Below are positions 53,087 to 62,242 of a DNA stretch of 64,000 nucleotides, one piece after another. A program made the translations under genes and the position numbers. How positions within the stretch are numbered: position 1 is the first letter of the stretch; the number at the start of each line of letters is the position of its first letter. Source of the DNA: Candidatus Altimarinota bacterium (GTDB lineage Bacteria; Patescibacteriota; Gracilibacteria; BD1-5; UBA2023); NCBI GenBank assembly GCA_041909865.1, contig JAYRRZ010000060.1, positions 2,928 through 66,927 on the forward strand, read 5' to 3'. The notes under the pieces are model-generated. The model was given only the letters and a program-made list of their open reading frames with translations, made no database searches and was not told the DNA's origin.

Positions 53087-54118
53087 ATGCCCCGTCTCTG
53101 CTTCGATTATGACAGCGTGTGCTATGCCGTAGGATTTGCTGCTGAAACTCGCTCAATTGTAGCCACCCACAAGAACAGCAAGGATAGCTGGACATTTGCT
53201 AATCGGACAGAGTTTTATGGACGAGATAAGAAGGGCGGGTGGCTTGAGGAAATGAACCTTCTACGCGACTCCCCTTGGCTTCCAGAAGAGTTTGAAATTC
53301 AAGATATCCAAGAGGCAAAACCTCTCTCCTTGGCAAGGGAAATTCTCAATTACAAAATCCGAAGTGTTGTAAAGCATCTTCATGCCAAGGAGTACTATGG
53401 TTGGCTAGGGAAGGAGAAGTCATTCCGACACAATGTAGCCACAATCCTTGAATACAAGGGAGGGAAGCGTAAGGAGAACTTGAAACCTCTTTTGCTTCCG
53501 CAAATCACGGAAATGATTTTGCAAGAGCACAACGGGAAAGTAGCTACTCATCGCCTTGAGGCAGATGATTGGCTCTCCATTGATAGCTATGAAGCGTGGA
53601 AGGATTGGAGCAAGACAAAGAGTGACCGCCATCGCCTGATTGCCATTACAGAAGACAAGGATCATTTGCAATGTACGGGGCATTTCTTTAACCCGGATAA
53701 GATGGTGTTGCCGGAAAGTGTGCAAGGATTTGGGAAATTGTTTTGGCGTGATGATACGGCAAAACCGATGTTAAGTGGAAGAGGTAGAATTTGGCTCTAC
53801 TCAATGACACTTTGTGGCGATAAATGTGATAATTTTAAGCCTAGCGAATTGGCTCAGAATGCGCGTTTTGGCGATACAGCCACCTACAAGCTCCTATCCC
53901 ATTGCCAGAACGACAAAGAGGCTTTAACGGCCCTTGTAACGCAATACAAGGCATGGTATCCATCCCCTGTAGAGTATGTTTCTTGGCGTGGAGAAAAGAT
54001 GGTGAAAAATTGGCTTGACATTGCCGAAGAAATGTGGCAACTTGCTAGGATGAAGAGATGGGTGGGGGATGACATTCCCCTTCAAGAAGTGTTGAATGCT
54101 GTGGGTGTTCCCTACTGA
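53087..54118 (+). CDS. 5'-3' exonuclease (T7 gp6-like, FEN/PIN fold)
   Basis: colinear matches to T7 gp6 as I remember it: FDYDS / MDGDW, YKGGKRK / YKANRK, LEADDWLSI / LEGDDVMGV, ITEDKDHLQ / ISCDKDFKT, CGDKCDNF / KGDITDGY. Confidence 0.65.
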   Translation: MPRLCFDYDSVCYAVGFAAETRSIVATHKNSKDSWTFANRTEFYGRDKKGGWLEEMNLLRDSPWLPEEFEIQDIQEAKPLSLAREILNYKIRSVVKHLHAKEYYGWLGKEKSFRHNVATILEYKGGKRKENLKPLLLPQITEMILQEHNGKVATHRLEADDWLSIDSYEAWKDWSKTKSDRHRLIAITEDKDHLQCTGHFFNPDKMVLPESVQGFGKLFWRDDTAKPMLSGRGRIWLYSMTLCGDKCDNFKPSELAQNARFGDTATYKLLSHCQNDKEALTALVTQYKAWYPSPVEYVSWRGEKMVKNWLDIAEEMWQLARMKRWVGDDIPLQEVLNAVGVPY

Positions 54119-54128
54119 CGAGGAAATT

Positions 54129-54359
54129 ATGACAATTAAATGCCTTAACGTGTGGACAGCTATTCATGCTGAAAGTGGGGACATGTTCTTAGCCATCAAC
54201 CACAATGGAGAGTTTTGGATAGCTAATTATCACATTCAACTCTTCCCTTTCAATTTCATCAAGGATGAACCTCAATACTTGGACTGGATGTTGGAAGGGA
54301 GTATGAAGAAAATGTTGTTGACGATTGGGTTGGAAGAGGTGGAGGAATCGGATGACTAA
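54129..54359 (+). CDS. hypothetical protein
   Basis: start at MTIKCLN, SD GAGGAA. Confidence 0.5.
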   Translation: MTIKCLNVWTAIHAESGDMFLAINHNGEFWIANYHIQLFPFNFIKDEPQYLDWMLEGSMKKMLLTIGLEEVEESDD

Positions 54360-54924
54360 AAAGAAAGAAAACACATATTATTATGAACCTTGGAAAGATT
54401 TGCCGCATGTATGGAAAACAAAGTCAGCATTTTTCAATTATATTCGAGGGGCATTGCGATGGCAATGGAAGCGTTACCCCTTGAAGTTGGACTTCAAGAA
54501 TGAAAAAGCTATTCCAAACTTTTCCGGAAGTGGAGTGACAAATCCAAAAGTGAAGAAAGTGGTTCAATGTGAAGTTTGCGAAACATGGATTCCACAATCA
54601 TCCGCCGAAATTGACCATCGTGTTCCATGTGGCACAATCAAGGATTGGGAAACAGCAGGACAATTCATTCATAATATGTTTTGTGACAAGAGTAATTTGC
54701 GCTGCGTCTGTTCTCCATGTCATCAGACGATCACTTATAGTGAGCGAATGGGATTAAGTTTTGAAGACGCAATCATTGAAAAGCAGGTGGTAGCATTCGG
54801 GAAACTCTCCGCAGATGAACAAATCACAAAGATCAAGGAAATTGGCTTGTCGCCAGACCGATACCCAAACAAGGACAAACGTAAGGATGTATTCCGTGAA
54901 TATTTGAAACTGAAGAGGGAATAA
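54352..54924 (+). CDS. HNH (His-Me finger) nuclease with CxxC zinc site
   Basis: CEVCETW...EIDHRVPCG...N...CSPCH; SD GGAGG; could be a junction-resolving or homing enzyme. Confidence 0.6.
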   Translation: MTKKKENTYYYEPWKDLPHVWKTKSAFFNYIRGALRWQWKRYPLKLDFKNEKAIPNFSGSGVTNPKVKKVVQCEVCETWIPQSSAEIDHRVPCGTIKDWETAGQFIHNMFCDKSNLRCVCSPCHQTITYSERMGLSFEDAIIEKQVVAFGKLSADEQITKIKEIGLSPDRYPNKDKRKDVFREYLKLKRE

Positions 54925-54926
54925 AT

Positions 54927-55145
54927 ATGAAATTGTTGTCCCAAACAGAGCTTGATGACAAGCATTTCCGTAACCCTAAAACACAATTGTTCTATCCACA
55001 TTCTGAAATTACAGCAAAGATTATTGCTATTCTTGGATATTCAGACCCTTTCCCAAAAGAGTTGGAAATGCACTATTATGCTCTAGCTGGAAAGAATAAA
55101 TTGGTTGTGGAAGTGTATCAAAAAGATATGGAGAAAGAAGAGTGA
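54927..55145 (+). CDS. hypothetical protein
   Basis: 72 aa. Confidence 0.5.
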   Translation: MKLLSQTELDDKHFRNPKTQLFYPHSEITAKIIAILGYSDPFPKELEMHYYALAGKNKLVVEVYQKDMEKEE

Positions 55146-55369
55146 CACGCTTTAAAACAGAAGCTACGGAATGGATTGATGGTGCAAGTATTACTCTCCG
55201 AGAGGATGGGGTTGGAACTGGGTATATTTTTCAACGAACACCCTGTAAAGCTATGTATCTTTTTGTTCCCGATACTGCTAAACATTATTTAGGACTTTCC
55301 CCAGACGATTTAAGAGAAATTGCCGATACATTAGAAGCATTAAACAAAGAGGTTCTAAAACATGCTTAA
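55142..55369 (+). CDS. hypothetical protein
   Basis: 75 aa, GTG start overlapping the upstream TGA. Confidence 0.45.
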   Translation: MTRFKTEATEWIDGASITLREDGVGTGYIFQRTPCKAMYLFVPDTAKHYLGLSPDDLREIADTLEALNKEVLKHA

Positions 55370-56303
55370 CACACCAGAATGGCTTGACCATTACAAAGAA
55401 TTGATCGCTTCCGGCCAGAGTCAGCGCCAAGCCTGTGCAATTTTGAATATTGCTCGCTCCACTGTACAAGATACGTTGAAACGGATTGAACAGAAGGAGG
55501 AAATGATTAGCGGAAAGAAGCCGAAAGGGATGCGCGTGTTGCTGTTTGATATTGAATCTGCCCCACACCTTGGGTATTTCTGGCAACGCTGGAAACAGAA
55601 CATTGGCAGTAATCAGATCGAGAAGGAAGGTGGGTATATATTGACAGCCGCATGGAAGTGGCTTGGTGAAGACGAAGTGCATCATGTTTGTGCTGCTGAT
55701 CCTATCAACGGAGATGACTCAAACATTTGTGCTACACTTTATGAGGTAATTGAAGAGGCGGACGCTATTGTAGCTCACAACAACTCAGCTTTTGATTATC
55801 CCATGTTGAATGCTCGCCTTGTACAAAATGGATTCCGTCCTTTGAAATCTGTCAAGAAGATTGATACGTTGCAAATTGCAAAGAAGAATTTTCGATTTGC
55901 TTCAAACAGACTGGATGACTTGGGGAAGTTCCTTGGTGTTGGACGAAAGATTGATACAGGTGGTTTTGAACTGTGGCACCGTGTTATCAAAGGAGAGAAG
56001 GCAGCAATGCTGGAAATGGTTGAGTACAATAAGCAAGATGTACTCCTCCTTGAGAAAGTGTATCTCAAACTCCGTGCTTTTGATTCAAACCTACAAGCAA
56101 ATGCAGGTCACTACTACCACGACAATCTTTCTCGTTGCCCTTGCTGTGGAAGCAGCGATGTAACAGAGAGTGGAAATTTTGCTTACACCCCTGTATCCAT
56201 CTTCGTTGAGATGGTGTGTACGGATTGTGGGCATCGTTCTCGCAAACGTCAGGCTATCAATGACAAAGAGAAGCGAGCTAACATGCTTGTCACGCCAAAA
56301 TAA
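55362..56303 (+). CDS. DEDD-family 3'-5' exonuclease with N-terminal HTH and C-terminal zinc ribbon
   Basis: Exo I LLFDIESAP, Exo II AHNNSAFDYPML, Exo III YNKQDVLLLE; HTH QRQACAILNIARSTVQDTLKRI; CPCC...CTDC. Confidence 0.65.
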   Translation: MLNTPEWLDHYKELIASGQSQRQACAILNIARSTVQDTLKRIEQKEEMISGKKPKGMRVLLFDIESAPHLGYFWQRWKQNIGSNQIEKEGGYILTAAWKWLGEDEVHHVCAADPINGDDSNICATLYEVIEEADAIVAHNNSAFDYPMLNARLVQNGFRPLKSVKKIDTLQIAKKNFRFASNRLDDLGKFLGVGRKIDTGGFELWHRVIKGEKAAMLEMVEYNKQDVLLLEKVYLKLRAFDSNLQANAGHYYHDNLSRCPCCGSSDVTESGNFAYTPVSIFVEMVCTDCGHRSRKRQAINDKEKRANMLVTPK

Positions 56304-56320
56304 TTTGTGCTGTACATATG

Positions 56321-56357
56321 CCCCAACAGCTTCGGCTGTTGGGGCTTTTTTCTTTTT
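56321..56357 (+). terminator. rho-independent terminator
   Basis: CCCCAACAGC-TTCG-GCTGTTGGGG followed by CTTTTTTCTTTTT. Confidence 0.85.
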
Positions 56358-56372
56358 GTGGAAGAAAAAGTG

Positions 56373-56402
56373 TTGACAGATGGAAGGTGGGTTTGGTAAG
56401 AT
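56373..56402 (+). promoter_or_regulatory. sigma70-type promoter
   Basis: TTGACA, 18 nt, TAAGAT. Confidence 0.5.
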
Positions 56403-56432
56403 GAGTCATCAATAAACAACGAGGACTTTCTA

Positions 56433-56549
56433 ATGACTCCAGCTTTCACATATATGGTGATTGGCTTCGCTCTAGGTGCTGCATTTGGGGCAGGGATGAT
56501 GATAGAATCTCACAATGTTCAATGCAGTTATCAAGCAACAGGGAAATAA
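56433..56549 (+). CDS. tiny membrane protein (38 aa)
   Basis: not in ORF track; SD GAGGA; TM helix YMVIGFALGAAFGAGMMI. Confidence 0.4.
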   Translation: MTPAFTYMVIGFALGAAFGAGMMIESHNVQCSYQATGK

Positions 56550-56550
56550 A

Positions 56551-56877
56551 ATGACCACTCTCATTACATTCAAAGCCTCTTTTCCACAGGAGCTTGCCCA
56601 TGAAATTCGTACAATCCTTGCTGTTGATGGAATGTCTTGGAGCAATATCCCCGGACATTCCTTGTCTATTTGGCAGAGTATGGCTTTTAGACGACTTGCT
56701 AATTCGATTGAAAGCAAATACATTGATGGGAATGTTGAAACAAATTGGGATGGAAACACATTGAAAATGGTGAGTAGAATCTCTTGCGGAAGCTCAAGTC
56801 ATTTGGTATTCTTGTTGAAGCAGATGTTGGACGGTTGTAGCGAGTTATTTGAGATTGATGTGGAGGAAGAGGAATGA
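56551..56877 (+). CDS. hypothetical protein
   Basis: start at MTTLITF one nt after the upstream stop. Confidence 0.5.
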   Translation: MTTLITFKASFPQELAHEIRTILAVDGMSWSNIPGHSLSIWQSMAFRRLANSIESKYIDGNVETNWDGNTLKMVSRISCGSSSHLVFLLKQMLDGCSELFEIDVEEEE

Positions 56878-57491
56878 ACAATTTTAAAGTTGGTGATTGG
56901 GTTAAAATTAAAGATAGTGTTTGGGACTACTGTAATTGGGAAGCAGATGGTTTTAAAAAGGACGCCCCTGAAAAGGTTGTTGATACTGATGGGGAGTATG
57001 TCTACATCCGTAAAGGACATCAGCGGTATTGTATTCATTATACAAATATTGAGAAAGTTGAAATGAAGCCAGAAGAAACCAAATACGCCACTATCCCCTT
57101 CTCTGTTGAAGCATGGGAGAAGTGGAAAGTGGATGAGCGGACGAAGGTGTTTTATAAGTCCATCCCTGTCACACAGCTTACAATGTTTGATTGCAAAGGT
57201 GGATTCGTTGCGGCTGGAGTAATGTGGGTGGATTATGGTAAAGAATTAGTGAAGTTTCATGTTGATGACTTTAAAAATATGAAGCTCTGTATCCCCGTCA
57301 CAACAAAGCGCATTCCATTCAATCCTGAGTTGAAAGATGCAAAAGTGTTTTATGGAAATACAGAGTTGATTGACTGGCATCAAATGAAGAGTGGCGTTGT
57401 TTGTGGTACTCGGGAATTGAATGATGGATTTAATGGACAAGATACCAACCTCTATCACCCCAACGATCTCACAATGGAAATTGAAGAATGA
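56874..57491 (+). CDS. hypothetical protein with N-terminal FKVGDWV (SH3/KOW-like) module
   Basis: MNNFKVGDWVKIKD; paralogous N-terminus. Confidence 0.55.
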   Translation: MNNFKVGDWVKIKDSVWDYCNWEADGFKKDAPEKVVDTDGEYVYIRKGHQRYCIHYTNIEKVEMKPEETKYATIPFSVEAWEKWKVDERTKVFYKSIPVTQLTMFDCKGGFVAAGVMWVDYGKELVKFHVDDFKNMKLCIPVTTKRIPFNPELKDAKVFYGNTELIDWHQMKSGVVCGTRELNDGFNGQDTNLYHPNDLTMEIEE

Positions 57492-57730
57492 AGAAACGCA
57501 GCAAACATTTACCAAAGCACACATTTTCCCCATTCAAAAAAGGAGATAGTGTTGTATTGAAAAAGACAGCATTCACCCAACTCTATTTGAAAGATTGGGG
57601 GATTACATCTGACAATGTGTACTCCGTTCATAACGTGTATGACAGTATTATCTATATTATGAATGACCATGACAAAGAGATGGGCTTTCATTTTGAACAT
57701 TTTGAGGGAGTTGCGGAGAAGAAGGCATGA
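57488..57730 (+). CDS. hypothetical protein (FKKGDSVVLKK module)
   Basis: 80 aa. Confidence 0.5.
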   Translation: MKKRSKHLPKHTFSPFKKGDSVVLKKTAFTQLYLKDWGITSDNVYSVHNVYDSIIYIMNDHDKEMGFHFEHFEGVAEKKA

Positions 57731-57942
57731 TGTCTCTAGCTTTGATTCACCACTACTCCTACGACTATGGAAATGGTGGAACGTGTTACATTCGCGATAC
57801 AATTACAGCGGAATTAGCCGGTAGTATGATATTGGATGATGAGACAAATGAGCCAAGGAAGTTTTCTTCTGTTGGGGATGTGTATCGCTTTCTGTTGAAG
57901 AGGGCGGATATTGAAATTGATGAAGTGCATGTGGTGAGATGA
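57727..57942 (+). CDS. hypothetical protein
   Basis: 71 aa. Confidence 0.5.
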   Translation: MMSLALIHHYSYDYGNGGTCYIRDTITAELAGSMILDDETNEPRKFSSVGDVYRFLLKRADIEIDEVHVVR

Positions 57943-58235
57943 ACCTAAAGAGGAAAGACATTATGAAAAAGCTATCCCCTAAAAACCATGATTGGGTGTA
58001 TTTGAATGAAGAATATGAAGTGTGTAGCACCAACGGATGTTGCATAATTGGTAGGATTTATCTTGATTTGTCAGAGGATGAGTGGGTGTTTGACAATTCT
58101 TCACGTGAAGACGATGGAGTGATGTATGCTGGTGAAGTGGAACAAATCAGTTATTTGTTGAATACGTTGAACAAACGTGATAAATTGGGAAAGTATAAGG
58201 TTTCCCCTAAGAGTTCAAACGGAGAAGAGAAATGA
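57939..58235 (+). CDS. hypothetical protein
   Basis: 98 aa; start may be 57963. Confidence 0.5.
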   Translation: MNLKRKDIMKKLSPKNHDWVYLNEEYEVCSTNGCCIIGRIYLDLSEDEWVFDNSSREDDGVMYAGEVEQISYLLNTLNKRDKLGKYKVSPKSSNGEEK

Positions 58236-58642
58236 ACAAGTTTAATCCGGGGGATAAGGTGAGATGTTTAAAGAAAGATGAAGCCAGTGGTTGGGATATT
58301 GGAGATGAGTTTGAAATCAAATCCATTGACTCCTACGATTGTTTCCATTTTAATGACAGCCAAGGGTGTTCTCGCGTAAGGGCAGATTATGAGAATTTTG
58401 AACTCGTGGAGTCTTCACCACCTCAAGAGCAAGATGATGTAAACTCCCCTGCACATTACCAATCTGAAAGTGGGATTGAGTGTATTGACGCCATTAAGGC
58501 ACAACTCTCTCCAGAGGAATATCGTGGATATCTTCGTGGAAATGTTGTGAAGTATGTATGGCGTTATCAGCAGAAGGGTGGAAAGCAATCTCTTGAGAAA
58601 GCTCGCTGGTATTTAAATAAATTGATTAATGAGACAGAATGA
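58232..58642 (+). CDS. DUF3310-domain protein with N-terminal FNPGDKV module
   Basis: NSPAHYQSESGIECIDAIKA...GNVVKYVWRYQQKGG...LEKARWYLNKL is the DUF3310 signature as I recall it. Confidence 0.7.
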   Translation: MNKFNPGDKVRCLKKDEASGWDIGDEFEIKSIDSYDCFHFNDSQGCSRVRADYENFELVESSPPQEQDDVNSPAHYQSESGIECIDAIKAQLSPEEYRGYLRGNVVKYVWRYQQKGGKQSLEKARWYLNKLINETE

Positions 58643-58911
58643 TGCTCCCTATCTATCACAAACAATTTCCAATTGATACACCCAAAGAAGTGCGAAACAA
58701 GCACAACGTTGGTGATATCTTTTGGAACAAAGCGAAGTGTCTCAAATGCGGAGAAACCATTTCCTCTGGACACGTTCACGATTTTGTGCGATGCTCTTGT
58801 GGAAATTTAGCCGTAGATGGTGGGAGCTTTTATGCTAAACGTATGTTTATGGAAGCCGGAACTTGGGAAGAGATGAGTGAGAATTATGCTGACTGTGAAT
58901 TGAACTATTGA
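58639..58911 (+). CDS. zinc-ribbon protein
   Basis: CLKCGE...CSCG. Confidence 0.5.
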   Translation: MMLPIYHKQFPIDTPKEVRNKHNVGDIFWNKAKCLKCGETISSGHVHDFVRCSCGNLAVDGGSFYAKRMFMEAGTWEEMSENYADCELNY

Positions 58912-58922
58912 GGAATTGAACA

Positions 58923-58951
58923 ATTGACTACTCAATGTAAAAATGTTATCC
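58923..58951 (+). promoter_or_regulatory. sigma70-type promoter upstream of dut
   Basis: TTGACT, 17 nt, TATCCT. Confidence 0.5.
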
Positions 58952-58987
58952 TAATTGTCTGTCTGGAGAACTTGTGTGGACACAAAA

Positions 58988-59416
58988 ATGAACATTAAGA
59001 TTAAGAAGCTGCACCCCGATGCAATCATTCCCAAGTATGCTACGAAGGGAAGTGCATGTTTTGATTTACATGCTGATAGTGACGCAATTGTGGAAGAAGA
59101 CTCGCCTTCAGTATTGCACACCGGAATTGCTGTAGAAATCCCCGATGGATACGCAATGATGATTTATAGCCGAAGTGGCCACGGTTTCAAAAATGATACT
59201 CGGTTAGCTAACTGCGTGGGAATTCTGGACAGTGACTACCGTGGGGAGATTTTGGTAAAATTGACAGCGGATAAAGGGGGACAGCTAGTTGTGCAGCCCG
59301 GCGACCGCATTGCACAAGCAATGATAGTACCAATCAACCAAGTAAAGTTTGAAGAGGTAAATGAATTGTCTGAAACAGAACGTGGACAAGGTGGATTTGG
59401 GAGTACGGGGAAATGA
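58988..59416 (+). CDS. dut: dUTP diphosphatase (trimeric dUTPase)
   Basis: motifs GSACFDL, SRSG, GILDSDYRGE, GDRIAQ, RGQGGFGSTG in canonical order. Confidence 0.9.
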   Translation: MNIKIKKLHPDAIIPKYATKGSACFDLHADSDAIVEEDSPSVLHTGIAVEIPDGYAMMIYSRSGHGFKNDTRLANCVGILDSDYRGEILVKLTADKGGQLVVQPGDRIAQAMIVPINQVKFEEVNELSETERGQGGFGSTGK

Positions 59417-59823
59417 CCGCTCTTAAAATTACCCCTCAAAATTGGAAGCAATGGGATTGCGTCACTGAACGATATGACCGCAGGTGGAATGAGTGTATGG
59501 ATATCATGCTTTCATTGAATAATTATTTAGATGAAAAACTAGGTACTAGAAATGATTGGGGCGGAATATATGCAAGTTGGTTAGAGTCATTTGGGTTTCC
59601 TTCTAACTCCGAAAACGGTTGGTGGAGTTGGCAAGCAGTACAGCCCGAGAATATTGAACTTTTTATCAACGATAATACCGACCCAGAGGGAGAAGATATT
59701 CGGTTGGAAAAACTTAGGAGTAAGATGCGACAAATTCGGAAATTAAATAAGGGGTGGGGGATTATTTTTAGCCCTAAGTATGACACTATCCTTGAATGTA
59801 TTGAACATAGTGAGATGGACTGA
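59413..59823 (+). CDS. hypothetical protein
   Basis: 136 aa, ATGA overlap. Confidence 0.5.
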   Translation: MTALKITPQNWKQWDCVTERYDRRWNECMDIMLSLNNYLDEKLGTRNDWGGIYASWLESFGFPSNSENGWWSWQAVQPENIELFINDNTDPEGEDIRLEKLRSKMRQIRKLNKGWGIIFSPKYDTILECIEHSEMD

Positions 59824-59826
59824 TAA

Positions 59827-59970
59827 ATGGGACGCACCATTCGTAAAAATGAAGATGATGAATACCTTTCTGAGAATGAAGCCCGTAAGCAGGCTAAATT
59901 GCGTAAGCAGAAAGAGAAGGAAGATAGGCGTAAACGGAAAGAGCGGGATAATTACGAGGAACCTGCATGA
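59827..59970 (+). CDS. small highly basic protein (47 aa)
   Basis: not in ORF track; KQAKLRKQKEKEDRRKRKER; ATGA overlap downstream. Confidence 0.4.
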   Translation: MGRTIRKNEDDEYLSENEARKQAKLRKQKEKEDRRKRKERDNYEEPA

Positions 59971-60185
59971 CTAGGAAAGTATTCAAGAAGTTCTCTGTCC
60001 CTGTGTGGAAAGACTATAATGGATTGGAATGGTATACAGTGAAGTGGGTGTGGCATGTTCAGATTCCACATTACCAAGAACATTGTATTGTTGATGTAAA
60101 TGCCATACCAAGAACGTATTGGAAAGAATGTACACTTTGGGACGTGCTAGTTGGGAAGCTGAGTAATTTGTTTAAAGGAGAATAA
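59967..60185 (+). CDS. hypothetical protein
   Basis: 72 aa. Confidence 0.45.
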   Translation: MTRKVFKKFSVPVWKDYNGLEWYTVKWVWHVQIPHYQEHCIVDVNAIPRTYWKECTLWDVLVGKLSNLFKGE

Positions 60186-60187
60186 CG

Positions 60188-61831
60188 TTGTTTGATTTTA
60201 TCAAAGTAAGAGCTATTGGCGTAACGCAGCCGTTGATTGATGAGATTCCAGATAGCGAAGGGATTCTGTCCTTCGCCGCAAGAGTGAGCAACCAAAGTAA
60301 TCAAACTAATTTTGATACAGCAGATAAACTGCTTGGGTATTGTGCAAAACATTCACATTGGAGTGTTTTTGAGACGTGTAGCATTACAATGGAGATTGAA
60401 GCCCCACGTGATATTTGTCGTCAAATCTTGCGTCATCGAAGTTTTAGTTTTCAAGAGTTCTGTGTGGCCAGTGGTACGAAAATATCTACAGTTGTAGGGG
60501 GAACAGTAAAGAAAGTTAAAATAGAAGACCTATATAAGAGGTTCAAATCAAAGCAGTACTGGTCTAAATCGGAGAATTTAGTAAGAGTTTTTGATGAAAA
60601 TACTGGGATGCTCACTTCTGCAAAAATCAAGGAGGTCTTCGACACAGGTATTAAGCCAGTTTATCGGCTAACATTAGACAACGGAAAGACCATTGATGCT
60701 ACCGCCGAGCATAAGTTTTTAACAAAAGAGGGATTTAAAAGGTTAGCAGACATTACAGACAACGATTTTGTGGGATGCAATGGTGTTCCTATCTATCAGA
60801 CGCTTGAGTGGTTATATGAGGCCAAGATGGAGGCTATCGAGAATGGTACAGGGGTGCAAGGAATGGCAGAAAAAGCCGGGGTCAGTTACCATACTATTCG
60901 TAAATGGTTGCGTAAAAACAACCTACAATTTACAAAGGCGCAAGTGGCAATGTATACAGACGCATGGAACAATGGCGCTTCTAGAGAATCTCAACCCCGT
61001 TACGGAAAAACCGTAAGTGAGTCTACACGCGACAGAATGCGCTTTTCATCTAAAAAGGGAGAGAATTGTGTATTGTTTTCGTCTGGCAAGCGCAGACCTT
61101 TTGCCTTAGAGGTTCGTGACTACTGGTATAAGCGGAAGAATTATCTCTTCAAGAAGTTTAAGGGGGTTTGTGCAGAAACCGGAAAGGTTTGCGAGTATAA
61201 TGACATCTCTATAGACCATATTCTTCCTTTGTCTAAGTTTCCTGAAAAGGCTTATGATGAGGATAATATACAGATTCTTTCTAAGAAAGAGCATTTTGCA
61301 AAATCCGCTAAGGAGACATCTGTCCGTGGGTTGACAGCAAGTTGGCATAAGGTTGTTTCGGTTGAATTTGTAGGTGAGATTCAAACATATGATATGGAGA
61401 TTGAGCATTCCTCCCACAACTACGTTGCTAACGGAATCATCACACACAATAGTCAGCGATATGCTGAAGCTACTGATTTTTGTTACCGCAGCCCCAGATT
61501 TCAAGACCACAAAAACAGACAAAACAGTATTCCAACAGACGATCTAGACATCTCTGCATGGTGGGCAAGGCAGCAAAAACAAGTAATAGATGTCGTGCTT
61601 GGTGCATATCAGGATGCCTTGAGTAAAGGTATTGCAAAAGAAGTTGCGCGAGCGCTGTTGCCAGAAGGGCTGACAATGAGTAAGATGTATATGCAAGGAA
61701 GTGTTCGTAGCTGGATGCACTATATTCAACTACGCTCTGAAAATGGAACTCAATTAGAACATCAAGATGTAGCATTGAAATGTCGGGAGGAGTTTATCAA
61801 GCTATTCCCTTCTTTGGAGAAGTATGTATGA
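60188..61831 (+). CDS. thyX: flavin-dependent thymidylate synthase ThyX (precursor containing an intein)
   Basis: ThyX signature split as RHRSFSFQEF|intein|SQRY; mature extein about 217 aa; TTG start. Confidence 0.85.
   Translation: MFDFIKVRAIGVTQPLIDEIPDSEGILSFAARVSNQSNQTNFDTADKLLGYCAKHSHWSVFETCSITMEIEAPRDICRQILRHRSFSFQEFCVASGTKISTVVGGTVKKVKIEDLYKRFKSKQYWSKSENLVRVFDENTGMLTSAKIKEVFDTGIKPVYRLTLDNGKTIDATAEHKFLTKEGFKRLADITDNDFVGCNGVPIYQTLEWLYEAKMEAIENGTGVQGMAEKAGVSYHTIRKWLRKNNLQFTKAQVAMYTDAWNNGASRESQPRYGKTVSESTRDRMRFSSKKGENCVLFSSGKRRPFALEVRDYWYKRKNYLFKKFKGVCAETGKVCEYNDISIDHILPLSKFPEKAYDEDNIQILSKKEHFAKSAKETSVRGLTASWHKVVSVEFVGEIQTYDMEIEHSSHNYVANGIITHNSQRYAEATDFCYRSPRFQDHKNRQNSIPTDDLDISAWWARQQKQVIDVVLGAYQDALSKGIAKEVARALLPEGLTMSKMYMQGSVRSWMHYIQLRSENGTQLEHQDVALKCREEFIKLFPSLEKYV
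60461..61450 (+). mobile_element. intein (330 aa) with HNH endonuclease and HTH, in the ThyX active-site motif
   Basis: starts CVASGTKI, block B TAEHKFLT, ends NGIITHN followed by Ser+1; internal DISIDHILPLSKF...NIQILSKKEH (HNH) and GVSYHTIRKWLRKN (HTH). Confidence 0.85.
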
Positions 61832-62229
61832 GTAAGGTTGCGGTGTTTAAGAATATTTCACACTCGGATATCGAATATCTTGGGTGGGATGGAACAGAAA
61901 ATCAATTGATGGAAATGCTGTATAAACTTGGTTGTGACATTACAAAACCTATTGAGAAAGCAAATGTGATTCACCGTAATCTACGAAATCAAGTTGTAGA
62001 GGGGCTATATTATATTTGCCATGAACGTCTTGATCGTGCATACATTAAATCTGGTCATGCCTCAATTGAAGCTATTTACGCTTCTACAGGGGATAATAGC
62101 TTGGTGAAAGACCTTACACAAATGTCAAAACGTATGACGCATGACACTACGTTTGGTCTTCCCCCCTCTCTCGTTGTACGAGATGATGGGCAACGATTTG
62201 GAAATGTAAGCGTGGCGAGTGTGGAATAA
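61828..62229 (+). CDS. hypothetical protein
   Basis: start at MSKVAVF (ATGA overlap with the thyX stop). Confidence 0.5.
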   Translation: MSKVAVFKNISHSDIEYLGWDGTENQLMEMLYKLGCDITKPIEKANVIHRNLRNQVVEGLYYICHERLDRAYIKSGHASIEAIYASTGDNSLVKDLTQMSKRMTHDTTFGLPPSLVVRDDGQRFGNVSVASVE

Positions 62230-62242
62230 TAAGGAGAAAATA

